The position numbers were made by a program, and so were the translations under genes. Of a stretch of DNA of 64,000 nucleotides, positions 28,108-38,700 are shown one piece after another. The first letter of the stretch is position 1. Every line of letters begins with the position of its first letter. The stretch comes from Candidatus Omnitrophota bacterium (GTDB taxonomy: Bacteria > Omnitrophota > Gorgyraeia > Gygaellales > Profunditerraquicolaceae). The DNA is taken from positions 21,630 through 85,629 of the forward strand of contig JAQURC010000006.1 of NCBI GenBank assembly GCA_028715785.1, read 5' to 3'. Under the pieces are notes generated by a model, which saw only the letters and a list, made by a program, of their open reading frames with translations, had not been told where the DNA came from and did no database searches.

Positions 28108-29394
28108 ATGAAAAGGTTGTTAATCGCAGTATTGTTGGGAACTTTCTGCTTGATGAGCGCAGGTGTCCGGGTTTCATACGCAGGGGAAATCGATTTATTG
28201 TTACAAAAGTTAGTAGATAAAGGTGTTTTAACCGGCGCAGAAGCACAGCAGGTAAAACTTGAGACTCAGGAGCAGGTAAAGAAGGAAATTGCCCAGGGCA
28301 AGTATTCTTCTCTGCCGGCTTGGGTGCAGAATATCAAGTTAAAAGGTGATTTACGGCTGAGATATCAGAATCAACATGAAAAAAATAATGCTGATATACA
28401 AAAAGACGCCAACATCGGCCGTGTGCGTATGCGCTTGGGCTTAGAGGCCAAGGTAAACGATAAGATCCTCGCCGGAGTCGGTATAGCTACCGGAAGCGGA
28501 GATCCGCGCTCTACCAATATATCTTTCGGCGGTTACAATAGTAAAAAGACGGTTGTGCTGGATTATGCTTACGGTAAGTATGCGCCGCTTCCCTGGCTAA
28601 AACTTGTCGGCGGAAAAATGCTTCCTGGTGATGTATTTTGGGAGCCTACCGATTTAATATGGGATACGGATATAACTCCTGAAGGCGCGGTTATCGGGCT
28701 TAGCAAGGATTTGAATCCCAGAACCAATTTGTTTATGAACGGCAGTTTCTTAGTTGTCGAGACAGATTCTACATCAACTTCCGGGGCTTCGGCGTTCCTT
28801 ATTCAGCCGGGAGCAAGTTACAAATTTAATGATACCTACTCATTAAAAGGGGCGGTTTCTTTTTCCTCGTTCGATGTCAAAGACCAGGTTCCTTCAAGCC
28901 ACGATAAAGGCTCCAATACTAAATATAATAGCACTTCTGCTACTACGGGAAACTATGCCTTTAATTACGCGATGCTTAATCCTGCGTTAGAATTTAAGAT
29001 TATGCAGCCTTTTAAAGTTTTTGGGTTAAGCCCTGAATCTTTAAAGTTTTTTGGTGAATATGTGAATAACCTGGATGTTTCCAAGAAAAATACCGGTTTC
29101 TCGGCAGGGTTCCAGCTTGGCAATGAAAAAATCGAAAAGTGGGGTGATTGGCAGTTACGATACCTCTATGCTATGTTAGGCAAGGATGCCGTGCTTGATA
29201 TATTGCCTGACTCTGACCGTTATAGCGGTAAAACAGGCATAAGAAGCCATGAGGTTATTTTAAATTTCGGCTTAGCTAAAAATACCTCCCTTGGTTTTGA
29301 TATCTACCGTTCATGGGGAATAAACGGGATAAATAGCGGCGGAAGGGCGCAGCCTGAAACCTTGGCTCAGGTTGATCTTAATATGAAGTTCTGA
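28108..29394 (+). CDS. Outer-membrane beta-barrel porin, putatively phosphate-selective (OprO/P-like context)
   Basis: Signal peptide. N-terminal helical segment, then alternating beta-strand pattern and a C-terminal aromatic (LNMKF). Immediately upstream of pstS and downstream of a Pho box. Confidence 0.5.
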   Translation: MKRLLIAVLLGTFCLMSAGVRVSYAGEIDLLLQKLVDKGVLTGAEAQQVKLETQEQVKKEIAQGKYSSLPAWVQNIKLKGDLRLRYQNQHEKNNADIQKDANIGRVRMRLGLEAKVNDKILAGVGIATGSGDPRSTNISFGGYNSKKTVVLDYAYGKYAPLPWLKLVGGKMLPGDVFWEPTDLIWDTDITPEGAVIGLSKDLNPRTNLFMNGSFLVVETDSTSTSGASAFLIQPGASYKFNDTYSLKGAVSFSSFDVKDQVPSSHDKGSNTKYNSTSATTGNYAFNYAMLNPALEFKIMQPFKVFGLSPESLKFFGEYVNNLDVSKKNTGFSAGFQLGNEKIEKWGDWQLRYLYAMLGKDAVLDILPDSDRYSGKTGIRSHEVILNFGLAKNTSLGFDIYRSWGINGINSGGRAQPETLAQVDLNMKF

Positions 29395-29427
29395 CAAGCG
29401 TAATCAGCGAAAAGAGGAGGAATTAAA

Positions 29428-30246
29428 ATGAAATTAACAAGGTTAGCGGTAATGGGAACGTTGATTTTGGGCCTTGCGTTACCCTGCTACGCAGAGAAGA
29501 TTGTGGTTGAAGGCTCTACTACTGTGCTTCCTATCGCCCAAAAAACAGCTGAAGTTTATATGGACAAAAATCCCGGTGCCAATATTTCTGTGCGCGGCGG
29601 AGGTTCAGGAGTGGGTATTGCATCGTTGTTAGATAAAAATTGCGATATCGCTGATTCTTCCCGTCCGATTAAGGACACAGAGCTTGATAAAGCAGTAACT
29701 AACGGCGTTGATGCTACAGCTAATATAGTTGCCATGGATGGTTTAGCAGTAATTGTCAATCCGGAAAATAGCATTAGTAAATTAAGTAAAAAACAGGTAA
29801 AAGATATTTTTACCGGCACAATTTCTAACTGGTCTCAGTTAGGAGGCAAAGATGAGAAGATTGTAGTTGTATCCCGCGATACTTCAAGCGGGACATTTGA
29901 AGCTTTCCTCACGTTAGTATTGGAAGGCGGTAAAACCCGCTCTGATGCTTTAATGCAGGCATCTAATCAGGCAGTGGCAACTACTGTTGCTGGCACCCCG
30001 GGAGCTATAGGTTATGTGGGGTTAGGTTTTCTTTCATCTTCGGTAAAGGCGATTGAAATAAACGGAGTTATGCCTTCAAGGGATACGGTTGTCTCCGGTA
30101 AATATCCAGTTACCCGCCCGCTTTTTATGTACACCAATGGTAAACCTAAAGGGTTAGTTAAGGAATACATTGATTTTATTTTAAGCGATGAAGGACAGAA
30201 GTTAGTTGAAGAAGAGGGTTTTGTAGGGTTAAAGGAGAAAAAATAA
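29428..30246 (+). CDS. pstS: Phosphate ABC transporter substrate-binding protein PstS (copy 1)
   Basis: GSTTVLPIAQK...RGGGSGVGIASLLDKNCDIADSSRPIK...VSRDTSSGT. Confidence 0.9.
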   Translation: MKLTRLAVMGTLILGLALPCYAEKIVVEGSTTVLPIAQKTAEVYMDKNPGANISVRGGGSGVGIASLLDKNCDIADSSRPIKDTELDKAVTNGVDATANIVAMDGLAVIVNPENSISKLSKKQVKDIFTGTISNWSQLGGKDEKIVVVSRDTSSGTFEAFLTLVLEGGKTRSDALMQASNQAVATTVAGTPGAIGYVGLGFLSSSVKAIEINGVMPSRDTVVSGKYPVTRPLFMYTNGKPKGLVKEYIDFILSDEGQKLVEEEGFVGLKEKK

Positions 30247-30269
30247 AGCGTTTACTCGGTAACCCTAAG

Positions 30270-30300
30270 ATGGCACGGTGGATTTATTCTGCCGTGCCAT
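30270..30300 (+). other. Intercistronic stem-loop between pstS and pstC
   Basis: ATGGCACGG (13-nt loop) CCGTGCCAT, a 9-bp perfect stem with no U-run. This fits a 3' stabiliser or partial terminator that gives excess pstS mRNA. Confidence 0.5.
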
Positions 30301-30310
30301 TACTCCTATT

Positions 30311-31201
30311 ATGAAGATACTGCGTTTTAAAGAAAGACTATACAAATGGATTTTTACTATCCTTGCCTTTGCTTCGCTTTTTTTCCTGATGGGCATTGTG
30401 TTAGTGCTGGTTAAAGAAAGCCTGCCCATATTCCAGAAAGTAAACTTCTTTAAATTTATCTTTGGCCGCAGCTGGTATCCTACTTATAATCCCGCGGAAT
30501 TCGGAATCTTACCTTTAATTTTAGCTTCTATTTGGGTAACTTTGGGCGCGGTTGTAGTTTGTGTTCCTTTAGGGGTTGGCAGCGCGCTTTATCTAAATGA
30601 ATTAGCCGGGAGGCGCCAAAAAGCCGTACTCAAGCCAATCGTTGAATTGTTAGCCAGCATCCCTTCGGTAGTTTTCGGATTTTTTGGCGTGGTTATACTT
30701 ACGCCTTTATTACAGAAGGTATTTCATTTACCTACAGGGTTAACTGCCTTAAATGCCAGTATTATTTTGGGGGTTATGGCTACTCCTACGGTATGCAGTA
30801 TCGCAGAAGACGCATTAAATTATGTCCCGAATGCGTTTCGCGAGGCTTCATTTGCGGTAGGGGCCACACGCTGGCAAACTTTGACTCAAGTAATAATCCC
30901 GGCAGCGGGTTCAGGAATAGCTACGGCCATAATTTTAGGGATGAGCCGGGCGATCGGCGAAACGATGACTGTGTTAATGGTTGCCGGAGGTTCAGCAGTC
31001 ATACCTCATACATTCTTAGAGCCGGTGCGGCCGATGACCGCGGCGATTGCCGCGGAGATGGGGGAGGCTCCTATGGGCGGCAGCCATTATCACGCGCTTT
31101 TTGCCATCGCGCTCATATTATTTGTGATTACATTTATATTTAATGTTATCGCCGAGATAATCAGCCGGAGTTTTAGGGTAAAGCTGGGGTTAAGCGGATG
31201 A
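30311..31201 (+). CDS. pstC: Phosphate ABC transporter permease PstC (copy 1)
   Basis: PstC-like multi-TM protein with EDALNYVPNAFREASFAVGATRWQT. The track GTG 30278 lies in the hairpin, so ATG 30311 is preferred. Confidence 0.9.
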   Translation: MKILRFKERLYKWIFTILAFASLFFLMGIVLVLVKESLPIFQKVNFFKFIFGRSWYPTYNPAEFGILPLILASIWVTLGAVVVCVPLGVGSALYLNELAGRRQKAVLKPIVELLASIPSVVFGFFGVVILTPLLQKVFHLPTGLTALNASIILGVMATPTVCSIAEDALNYVPNAFREASFAVGATRWQTLTQVIIPAAGSGIATAIILGMSRAIGETMTVLMVAGGSAVIPHTFLEPVRPMTAAIAAEMGEAPMGGSHYHALFAIALILFVITFIFNVIAEIISRSFRVKLGLSG

Positions 31202-32046
31202 AGAAAGAGTTTTCGCAAAATTTGGGATTTTTTGGTTTATTCCTCTGCATGCTTACTACCATTTTGGCCCTGGGCTCAATTATTTATTTTATCGCGGCGC
31301 GTGGATTTAGCGTGTTGAGTTGGAGTTTTCTTACCCAGGTGCCGTATTCGGCGATGACTAAAGGCGGGATTGCGCCGGTTATCGTGGGCACATTTTATAT
31401 TACTTTGGGGGCGATTATGTTTGCTCTTCCGCTGGGGATTGCTTGCGCGGTATATCTTTGCGAGTATTCACCTAAGAGCATCGTGGTAAATATTATTAGA
31501 ATCAGCATCAATAATCTGGCCGGCGTGCCATCGGTTGTCTTTGGCCTATTTGGCTTAGCGGTGTTCGTTAAATTCTTCGGTTTTGGAGTTTCCATTCTCT
31601 CCGGAAGCCTGACTTTAGGGATTTTGGCGCTGCCAATGATAATCTCCTCAGCGCAAGAGGCGCTTTTGGCCGTTCCTCAATCAATCAGGGAAGCTTCATT
31701 ATCTCTGGGGGCGACGAAATGGGGAACTATCAAAAATATCGTCTTACCTACAGCTTTGCCCGGGATCCTTACCGGTGTGATTTTAAGTATTGGCAGGGTG
31801 GCCGGAGAAACTGCACCGATTCTATTTACCGCCGCCGCCTTTTATACGCGCGGCTATCCTAAATCCGTATTTTCCGAAGTCATGGCCCTGCCGTACCATA
31901 TTTACGCGCTGATGACTGAAGGAGCGCATCCGGATAAGCAAAGAGCGATTGCCTATGGTTGCAGCTTGGTGCTTTTATTTTTGGTTTTATTTATTTCAGG
32001 ATTTGCTATATTCTTGCGTCAAAGGCAGAGGAGTTTGTATGGATAA
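31198..32046 (+). CDS. pstA: Phosphate ABC transporter permease PstA (copy 1)
   Basis: [38 protein letters not shown] overlap with pstC. Confidence 0.9.
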   Translation: MKKEFSQNLGFFGLFLCMLTTILALGSIIYFIAARGFSVLSWSFLTQVPYSAMTKGGIAPVIVGTFYITLGAIMFALPLGIACAVYLCEYSPKSIVVNIIRISINNLAGVPSVVFGLFGLAVFVKFFGFGVSILSGSLTLGILALPMIISSAQEALLAVPQSIREASLSLGATKWGTIKNIVLPTALPGILTGVILSIGRVAGETAPILFTAAAFYTRGYPKSVFSEVMALPYHIYALMTEGAHPDKQRAIAYGCSLVLLFLVLFISGFAIFLRQRQRSLYG

Positions 32047-32800
32047 CAAGATAAAAATGCAGGCAAAAAACGTGGATTTTTTTTACGGGAAAAACCAGGC
32101 GCTAAAAAATGTCAACCTCAATGTTTATGCCAATAAAGTTACGGCGATGATCGGGCCTTCAGGCTGCGGCAAATCAACATTCATCCGTCTGTTTAACCGG
32201 ATGAATGAATTAGTCGCGCATACAACCCTTAAAGGCAAGATTTTGCTGGATGATTTGGATATTAACAGCCCTCTGGTTGATGCCGTGGATATTCGAAAAA
32301 GGGTGGGGATGGTTTTTCAGAAACCCAATCCTTTTCCTAAAACTATATTTGAAAATATAAGCTACGGTTTAAAAGTGAACGGAATAAAAGATAAAGCGTT
32401 TATTGAGCAGAAGGTTGAAGATTCCTTAAAGAAGGCGGTTATCTGGGCTGAAGTAAAGGACAGGCTTAATGACAGTGCTTTGAAATTATCCGGCGGGCAG
32501 CAACAACGTTTATGTATTGCCCGGTGTTTGGCCGTAGAGACAGAGGTAATACTATTTGATGAGCCATGTGCCAGCCTGGATCCGATATCAACCGCTAAGA
32601 TAGAGGAATTGATTTTGGAGCTTAAAAAAGATTATTCCATTGTGATTGTCACGCATAATATGCAGCAGGCAGCGCGGGTCTCTGATTATACAGGGTTTTT
32701 CCTTTTGGGGGAGTTGATTGAGTTTGGAAAAACGCAGGATATATTTACCGCTCCCAAAGATAAAAAAACCGAGGCTTATATAACCGGTAGGTTTGGTTAA
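32039..32800 (+). CDS. pstB: Phosphate import ATPase PstB (copy 1, canonical motifs)
   Basis: [43 protein letters not shown]-type Walker [12 protein letters not shown]. Start at Met 32039 (8-nt overlap with pstA); the upstream part of the track ORF is out-of-frame overlap. Confidence 0.95.
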   Translation: MDNKIKMQAKNVDFFYGKNQALKNVNLNVYANKVTAMIGPSGCGKSTFIRLFNRMNELVAHTTLKGKILLDDLDINSPLVDAVDIRKRVGMVFQKPNPFPKTIFENISYGLKVNGIKDKAFIEQKVEDSLKKAVIWAEVKDRLNDSALKLSGGQQQRLCIARCLAVETEVILFDEPCASLDPISTAKIEELILELKKDYSIVIVTHNMQQAARVSDYTGFFLLGELIEFGKTQDIFTAPKDKKTEAYITGRFG

Positions 32801-32829
32801 ACAAGGCAACTTATTAGCGAGGTCTGATT

Positions 32830-33507
32830 ATGGAAAGACATTTTGACGTAGAGTTGGCCGATTTAAAAAGTAGTATACTTCAGATGGGTGATTTAGTGGA
32901 GGAAGCGATTATTGATTCGGTGGAGGCGCTTAAACAGTTACGTAAAGATAAAGCTGCCAGGGTGATTGCCGAAGATAAGATTGTTGATGAGTGCGAACTT
33001 AAAATTGATGAAGAGTGTCTGGATCTTTTGGCTTTAAGGCAGCCGATGGCAGTGGACCTGCGTTTTATTACCATGGCGATGAAGATCTCTACTGATTTGG
33101 AAAGAATGGCGGATCTGGCTGTGGATATCTCCCAGCGGGTGTTGGAATTAGCAGATAAGCCGCTGCTTAAGCCGCTGGTAGATATACCAAAATTAACCCT
33201 GCTTGCGCAAAAGATGACTCGTGATGCCATAAGTTCATTTGTTAATAAAGACGCGGAATTAGCCAGGATAGTAATATCGAGCGATCGAGAAGCCGATAAC
33301 CTGCGTGATCTAGTTCAACAGGAGCTGCTCAATGATTATATCTCCAAAAATAAAACAACTATTCCACGCGCTATTCCTTTACTTTTGATTGCCCGCCATC
33401 TTGAGCGTATCTGCGATCACGCCACTAATATCGCCGAAGATGTAATCTATATGGTTGAGGCAAAGGTAGTAAAACACCACCTGGAAAAATTAGATGAAAA
33501 CAGTTGA
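32830..33507 (+). CDS. phoU: Phosphate signalling regulator PhoU (copy 1)
   Basis: Two PhoU repeats, with LERMADLAVDI and LERICDHATNIAEDVIYM. Confidence 0.95.
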   Translation: MERHFDVELADLKSSILQMGDLVEEAIIDSVEALKQLRKDKAARVIAEDKIVDECELKIDEECLDLLALRQPMAVDLRFITMAMKISTDLERMADLAVDISQRVLELADKPLLKPLVDIPKLTLLAQKMTRDAISSFVNKDAELARIVISSDREADNLRDLVQQELLNDYISKNKTTIPRAIPLLLIARHLERICDHATNIAEDVIYMVEAKVVKHHLEKLDENS

Positions 33508-33569
33508 TTTAAGATGGTTGCTGCAATATTATAATGTCGCGTTGTATTTTAAAAGGAGATACTTTTAGC

Positions 33570-34001
33570 ATGGATAAGAAAAAAGTTTTATTTGTTTGCG
33601 TGCATAACTCGGCTCGTTCGCAAATGGCCGAAGCGTTTTTAAAACAGATGGCTGGTGATAGATTTGAGGTGGAGAGCGCGGGCCTGGAGCCTGGCAAGTT
33701 AAATCCCACAGTTGTCGAGGTGATGAAAGAGGTAGGCATCGATATTTCACAGAACAAGACTAAGAGTGTGTTTGATTTCTACAAACAGGGTAAACGATAT
33801 GATTATGTTGTGACTGTGTGCGCTGAATCGCAAGCGGAAAAGTGTCCTATTTTTCCCGGGACAGCAGTCACACAAAGAATGCATTGGGGTTTTGATGACC
33901 CCTCGAGTTTTCAGGGGGGCCAGGATGAGAGAATGAAGAAAATCCGCCAGGTTAGAGATAAAATTAAACGCCGGATTATGGAATGGATTAATGAAAGATA
34001 G
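33570..34001 (+). CDS. arsC: Arsenate reductase, LMW-PTP/thioredoxin-coupled type
   Basis: CVHNSARS (CX5R P-loop) and the downstream Cys pair VCAESQAEKCP. AAAGGAG RBS before Met 33570. Confidence 0.8.
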   Translation: MDKKKVLFVCVHNSARSQMAEAFLKQMAGDRFEVESAGLEPGKLNPTVVEVMKEVGIDISQNKTKSVFDFYKQGKRYDYVVTVCAESQAEKCPIFPGTAVTQRMHWGFDDPSSFQGGQDERMKKIRQVRDKIKRRIMEWINER

Positions 34002-34875
34002 CCGGTGCAAAGTATTTTGCTTGCCTGTTATTATCCGCCCCCGTTTACTATCAGTTATTTTAATGGTATTAGCTTTATCCTTGAATACAGTTGTTCAGGG
34101 TTCCTTTGCCCAAGGTGCCGATTCTACTTATCGCAAAGGTATAGAATACGCTTCCGAAGGAAGATTCCCGGAGGCTGCGGATTGGTTTCAAGATAACCTA
34201 AAAAACAATAAATCAGATTCTACTTCACTTAGTTCCCTTATCGTTATTAAGGATTTAAATGACGGTAAAATTACCGATGTGTATGCCAAGTCTTTTTTTA
34301 CAGGATTGAATTTTCTACAAAACGGTAATATAGATGATGGGCTTAAGGAGCTCCAGAAGGCTATAGAATTTAATCCAGGCTATCCTAAGCCGTATAATGT
34401 CATTGGTGTGGTTTATGCTTCAGTTGGGGATAAATCCAAAGCCATTGATTATTTCCAAAAAGCCATAGAAATAAATCCTCAATATAGCCAGGCATGTTTT
34501 AACCTAGCCGCGTTGTATCAATCATCAGCCCAGCCGGAAGATGCCCTTAAGTATTATGAGAAAGTAATATCTTTGGATCCAAATTCTTTCGAAGCAATAA
34601 TTAATATGGCCGCAATTTATGCTTTACTTGGGAAATACTCCGAAGCGATTAGGTATTATCAAAATGCCATCGGGTTGGATGGGAATAACCCCGAACTGTA
34701 TTATAACCTCGCCCTATCTTATTTTATGTCTGATCAATTTAGAAAGTTTAAAGAAAATCTTCTTAAATCCCAAGAATTATATCAAGAAAAAGGTGATCGC
34801 CAGGGGCTTGAGAAAGTAGCAGTATATATGAATAAGATGAAAGAAATTGAAAGCAAGGCAAGGCATACCAAGTAA
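33991..34875 (+). CDS. Secreted TPR-repeat protein
   Basis: Signal peptide (LMVLALSLNTVVQGSFA) and several TPR units (AIEFNPGYPKPYNVIGVVY, AIEINPQYSQACFNLAALY ...). Confidence 0.6.
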   Translation: MKDSRCKVFCLPVIIRPRLLSVILMVLALSLNTVVQGSFAQGADSTYRKGIEYASEGRFPEAADWFQDNLKNNKSDSTSLSSLIVIKDLNDGKITDVYAKSFFTGLNFLQNGNIDDGLKELQKAIEFNPGYPKPYNVIGVVYASVGDKSKAIDYFQKAIEINPQYSQACFNLAALYQSSAQPEDALKYYEKVISLDPNSFEAIINMAAIYALLGKYSEAIRYYQNAIGLDGNNPELYYNLALSYFMSDQFRKFKENLLKSQELYQEKGDRQGLEKVAVYMNKMKEIESKARHTK

Positions 34876-34933
34876 GCAACTCCCCTCATTAGAACGGACA
34901 CTCCCTGATTGTTAATTGTAATTATGCGGTAAA

Positions 34934-34987
34934 TTTACAAAGAATTTACATTGCCTTAATAATTAGTTAACAAATTAATTGTATATT
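34934..34987 (+). promoter_or_regulatory. Pho-box array plus -10 element (R3)
   Basis: TTTACA-aagaa-TTTACA-ttgcc-TTAATA-attag-TTAACA at 34934/34945/34956/34967. TATATT at 34982-34987, 9 nt after the last repeat. Confidence 0.65.
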
Positions 34988-35021
34988 TTCTATGTAAGCA
35001 ATGGATTAAAAAGCCACGGAA

Positions 35022-35051
35022 GGGAAAGGTCTCGTAAAAGAGGCTTTTCCC
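35022..35051 (+). other. 5'-leader stem-loop upstream of 35077
   Basis: GGGAAAGGTCTC-gtaaaa-GAGGCTTTTCCC: a 12-bp stem (two G-U pairs) between the putative -10 and the start codon. Confidence 0.4.
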
Positions 35052-35076
35052 TTAAAATATCACCAGGGAATCAAAA

Positions 35077-35730
35077 ATGTTAAAAATAAGAGGCACTATT
35101 TTATCCATAATATTTATCCTTTTATTGTCGCGCTATGCCGTGGCCGAAGTAGTTACTCTCAAATCCGGCAAGGTTATTGACGGTGAAATTGTCGAAAGAA
35201 ATAAAGACTATGTTAAAGTTAAATATGATGGACAAGAGATTTATTATGAAAATAAATATATTAAAAATATAGAGGCACAAAATACGCCTGAGCCAGCCGT
35301 GAATGCGGAAAAAGAAAAAGCAGCGCAAGATCCAATGCCATCTTTTAAGAGCGCAATAGAGTTGGCTGCGGCAGGGAACTTCAGCCAGGCTAGGCAGGAA
35401 TTTCAAAAGCAGTTCAATGATATAAAAGGAGGGCTTAATATTCTTGATGATGTGGAGAAAGGCTTAATCAGTAAAGAGTATGCCATCTATTTATTTCAAG
35501 GGTCATTGCATATGATTAACGGGGAATATAATTTAGCCATAACATCTTTGGAAAAGGCCTGGGAAATTAATCCCAGGGATCCGGATCTAAATTATAACCT
35601 CGGTTCCGCTTATTTTTCCTTGGGGGAATATAAAGAATCAATCGTGTATTTGTCCGCTGTTTTAAAATTACAACCGCTTGATACCGAGGCCCAGGAGCTT
35701 CTAACCAGGGCTTATCATGGACAAAACTAA
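35077..35730 (+). CDS. Secreted protein with small N-terminal beta domain and TPR repeats
   Basis: Signal peptide ILSIIFILLLSRYAVA. TPR-like units (KAWEINPRDPDLNYNLGSAYFSLGEYKESI). Confidence 0.55.
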   Translation: MLKIRGTILSIIFILLLSRYAVAEVVTLKSGKVIDGEIVERNKDYVKVKYDGQEIYYENKYIKNIEAQNTPEPAVNAEKEKAAQDPMPSFKSAIELAAAGNFSQARQEFQKQFNDIKGGLNILDDVEKGLISKEYAIYLFQGSLHMINGEYNLAITSLEKAWEINPRDPDLNYNLGSAYFSLGEYKESIVYLSAVLKLQPLDTEAQELLTRAYHGQN

Positions 35731-35747
35731 ACAGCTAATTCCTCAAC

Positions 35748-38700
35748 ATGTTTAGAATGTTACGTAGAATCTTAGCCTGCCTGTTATGTTTTACGCTCCT
35801 CTTTGAACAGAGTGGTTTTGCCCAGTCTGTAGCGGAAGGCAATTTCTTAGGTTTTTTTGCCCCTCCTCACCTAAGCGGCGCCTTTAATCCCGCGCGTCTT
35901 CGCTATGTTGCATACGCCGAAAACATCAATAAATTTAAATTTTTATTTGACAAGGGTGATTTAAGAGATACTGACGATTTTACTTTAAAGGATTCAATCA
36001 GCGGACCTTTAAGTTATTTTTTGGTAGGGATAACTTTACCGAGCGAAAGTTTCTGGGTAAATCTGCGGCCGGATTCCCCGGCTAATGTTATCGATGATTT
36101 ACTGGCTGAAACTGATGTGGGCAAGATTTTCTTAGAAGCCGACTTGCAGTTAAAGAAGGAGTTTGCTCGTTACACTATGTCTGCCCAGCAGGGAAAAGAA
36201 TATCGGCTGCAAATCAGGAAAAAAGCCGAAGAGCTTTTTGGCTGCCTGGCGTTAGCTCCTTCAACTTTTACCCGCGTGTGGATTGACCCGGGTGAGATAA
36301 TCATCAGAGAAACTCAAAACAGCGCTTATATATATAAAGCAAATTTGAATGTGCTTACGGAGGAAGATTATTTTGGAAATTCCTTGGCCTCTGAAGATAA
36401 ACGGGTACAGGCTTTTAACGAATACGCGTCAGAACTTATAAAAAATTTAATTTTACCCAAGCTTATCAAGGAGGTGAATACCGGGAAAGAATTTGCCGCT
36501 TTAAGACAGGTTTATTATTCTTTTATTTTAGCTCAGTGGTTTAAAAATAGATTCTTGCAGCGTAACGGTCCAGCGCCCCGGTTTATCGATAGTAAAATTT
36601 TATCTGGTCTTAATTCTAAACATCCTTGGTCCAAGGAGGATTATTTTGCGCAATACCAGGAATCAGTACAAAGGGGGGACTACCGTTTTGATGAAAGAGA
36701 ACCTTTAGTTTTTGGAGAAATGGTAACTAGTTATTCTTGCGGCGGGGTAACTCTGGCATTAAAAATTCCGCCTTTTGCTTCTGCGGGGATGATCACTAGT
36801 GATGGGAGTATGACTTTAATAGGCGGAAGAGAAATAGAAGGTATTTTATCCCCTGACCGGGTTCTTGACCTAGGGTTAATCAGTGCAACTGCAAAATTTG
36901 ATCTAAAGGATCCGCTGGGTAATGTTATTGTTGAATCCGCAGCAAGTTCAGTTCGTAATGCTGCGTCAGCCGCTCCTGTTTCTGCTGCCAGCAGCGCGCA
37001 GGCGATGAATGACGGTGGAAGCCAGGTATTGAAAAAAGCAAAAGAAAAACTAAGTGTGTTAGAATTAAATAATCCGGCTTATTTAATTGCCGCGGAGCTA
37101 TTGCTTGGCGCTTTATTTATTTTTGGATTTTTTGTTGACGCCGGGAGTATGTTTTATAACTATGGGGTATTTGGACACTCCGTAATAGAAAGGTTTGTCG
37201 GTTATCCCTTGCCGAGTTTGAATGAGTATTTCCAGATTATCTCGCTTTCTTTTATTGCCTTTAACGCCTTGTTTGGATTATCAAAATCACCCGCGGTTAG
37301 GGCAAAAACCGGGCTTGCCCCCATTTTTTCAATACTTTCGGGATTTACGCTTTTTGGGATAGTGCCGCTGGCTATCAGCCTTACGGGTTTAGATAAATAT
37401 TTCAACTTGCAACTGGCGGTTTCTCCTTACGCGATGGAGGCCTTCGCGCTTTTGGGCGCGGCAGTTATAGGTCTATTGCCGGGGATGAATACTAAAAAGG
37501 AGAGCCCGGTTGATTTCCCTGAGAGTAGTCCGGATATAGAAAATAATACGGGTTGGGTGGAGCCTTCATGGGACGCTGTAGTAGAGGCGGCTTTGAATGA
37601 AGTAAACAAAAGGGCCGGTATTTCCGGCCTTACCGATGGAGCCTGTCTTGAGTTCCTGGAACAAACGCGCAAGCTCAGAAACCTCCTGCCTTTTGAATCG
37701 CATATCGTTACCGACAAAAGAGTCGCCTATTATCAGATTTACGACGAAGCTTTACAGTCTCTGTGCAAGAAACTCCAGGAAATTATGGATAGGCTGCGTG
37801 TAAGTACAGATGAGTTGGAACGAAAACGCCTGAATATCTACGCTTCTGAAATATTGGTTACTGCCGAATATTTTAATGAATGCCTGCGCGCTCTTAATGA
37901 GGTAGAGAATATCCCTCTTTCATCCGGTGACCGGCTTGACCGCAGCACCCCTTTTCGTAAAACAATCTCTTTTATTGTCGGGCATGCCTTTGGGTTTAAT
38001 AAGACATTTAACTATTCCAAGAAGGAGCTTATGAAGCAGCTAAAGGAGAAAATCATTCCGTTAGGCAATAGCTTGGATAACCTTTATTCGACAAAAGCCG
38101 ATATCGATAAGCAGGTTATTAAAAAGTGGGGGGAATGGATCCAAAACTGTTATGAAGGCAAAAGAAAAAGGCTGGGCGCCAGAAAAGGCTGGGTTTTTTG
38201 GAAAGAGATGTTCGGCCCGCTTGTCAGCCTGGTCTTGGTGGCTTCTGCACTTCCGATTGGCGGGAACATTGGTTTTCTAGAGTTCTTGTCCGCCCCTGAC
38301 TTTAGCGCGGGCGCTTTATGGAACGCAAAACCATTGGTAGGGCTTTCGCTTATTTTTTTGGGTTGGTATGTGTTACTGTTTCCCGGCAGAGGTAAAGCCG
38401 ACCAGACTTATAAAGAACACAATAAGACAATTGAGAAGTTAAAGCGGCAATTTAAAGACACTTTTTTCCTTATTGAGGGGGATTCAAGAAACAAGGCATT
38501 ACAATTTGCTTATGAGCAGTCTCTTGAAGCGGCTTGGAAAGAACTTTCTAGCGCCAGCGCAAGCGCGCAGGCAGTCATTGTTGTCACGGAACAGCCCAAA
38601 ATAATTCAGGATTTTCTTGAAAATTTGCGCGGTACGATATTACGAAAAGATGTCGAATTATTGGCTATTTCCGCCGAAAACAAAGGCAGTGCCGCGGCGT

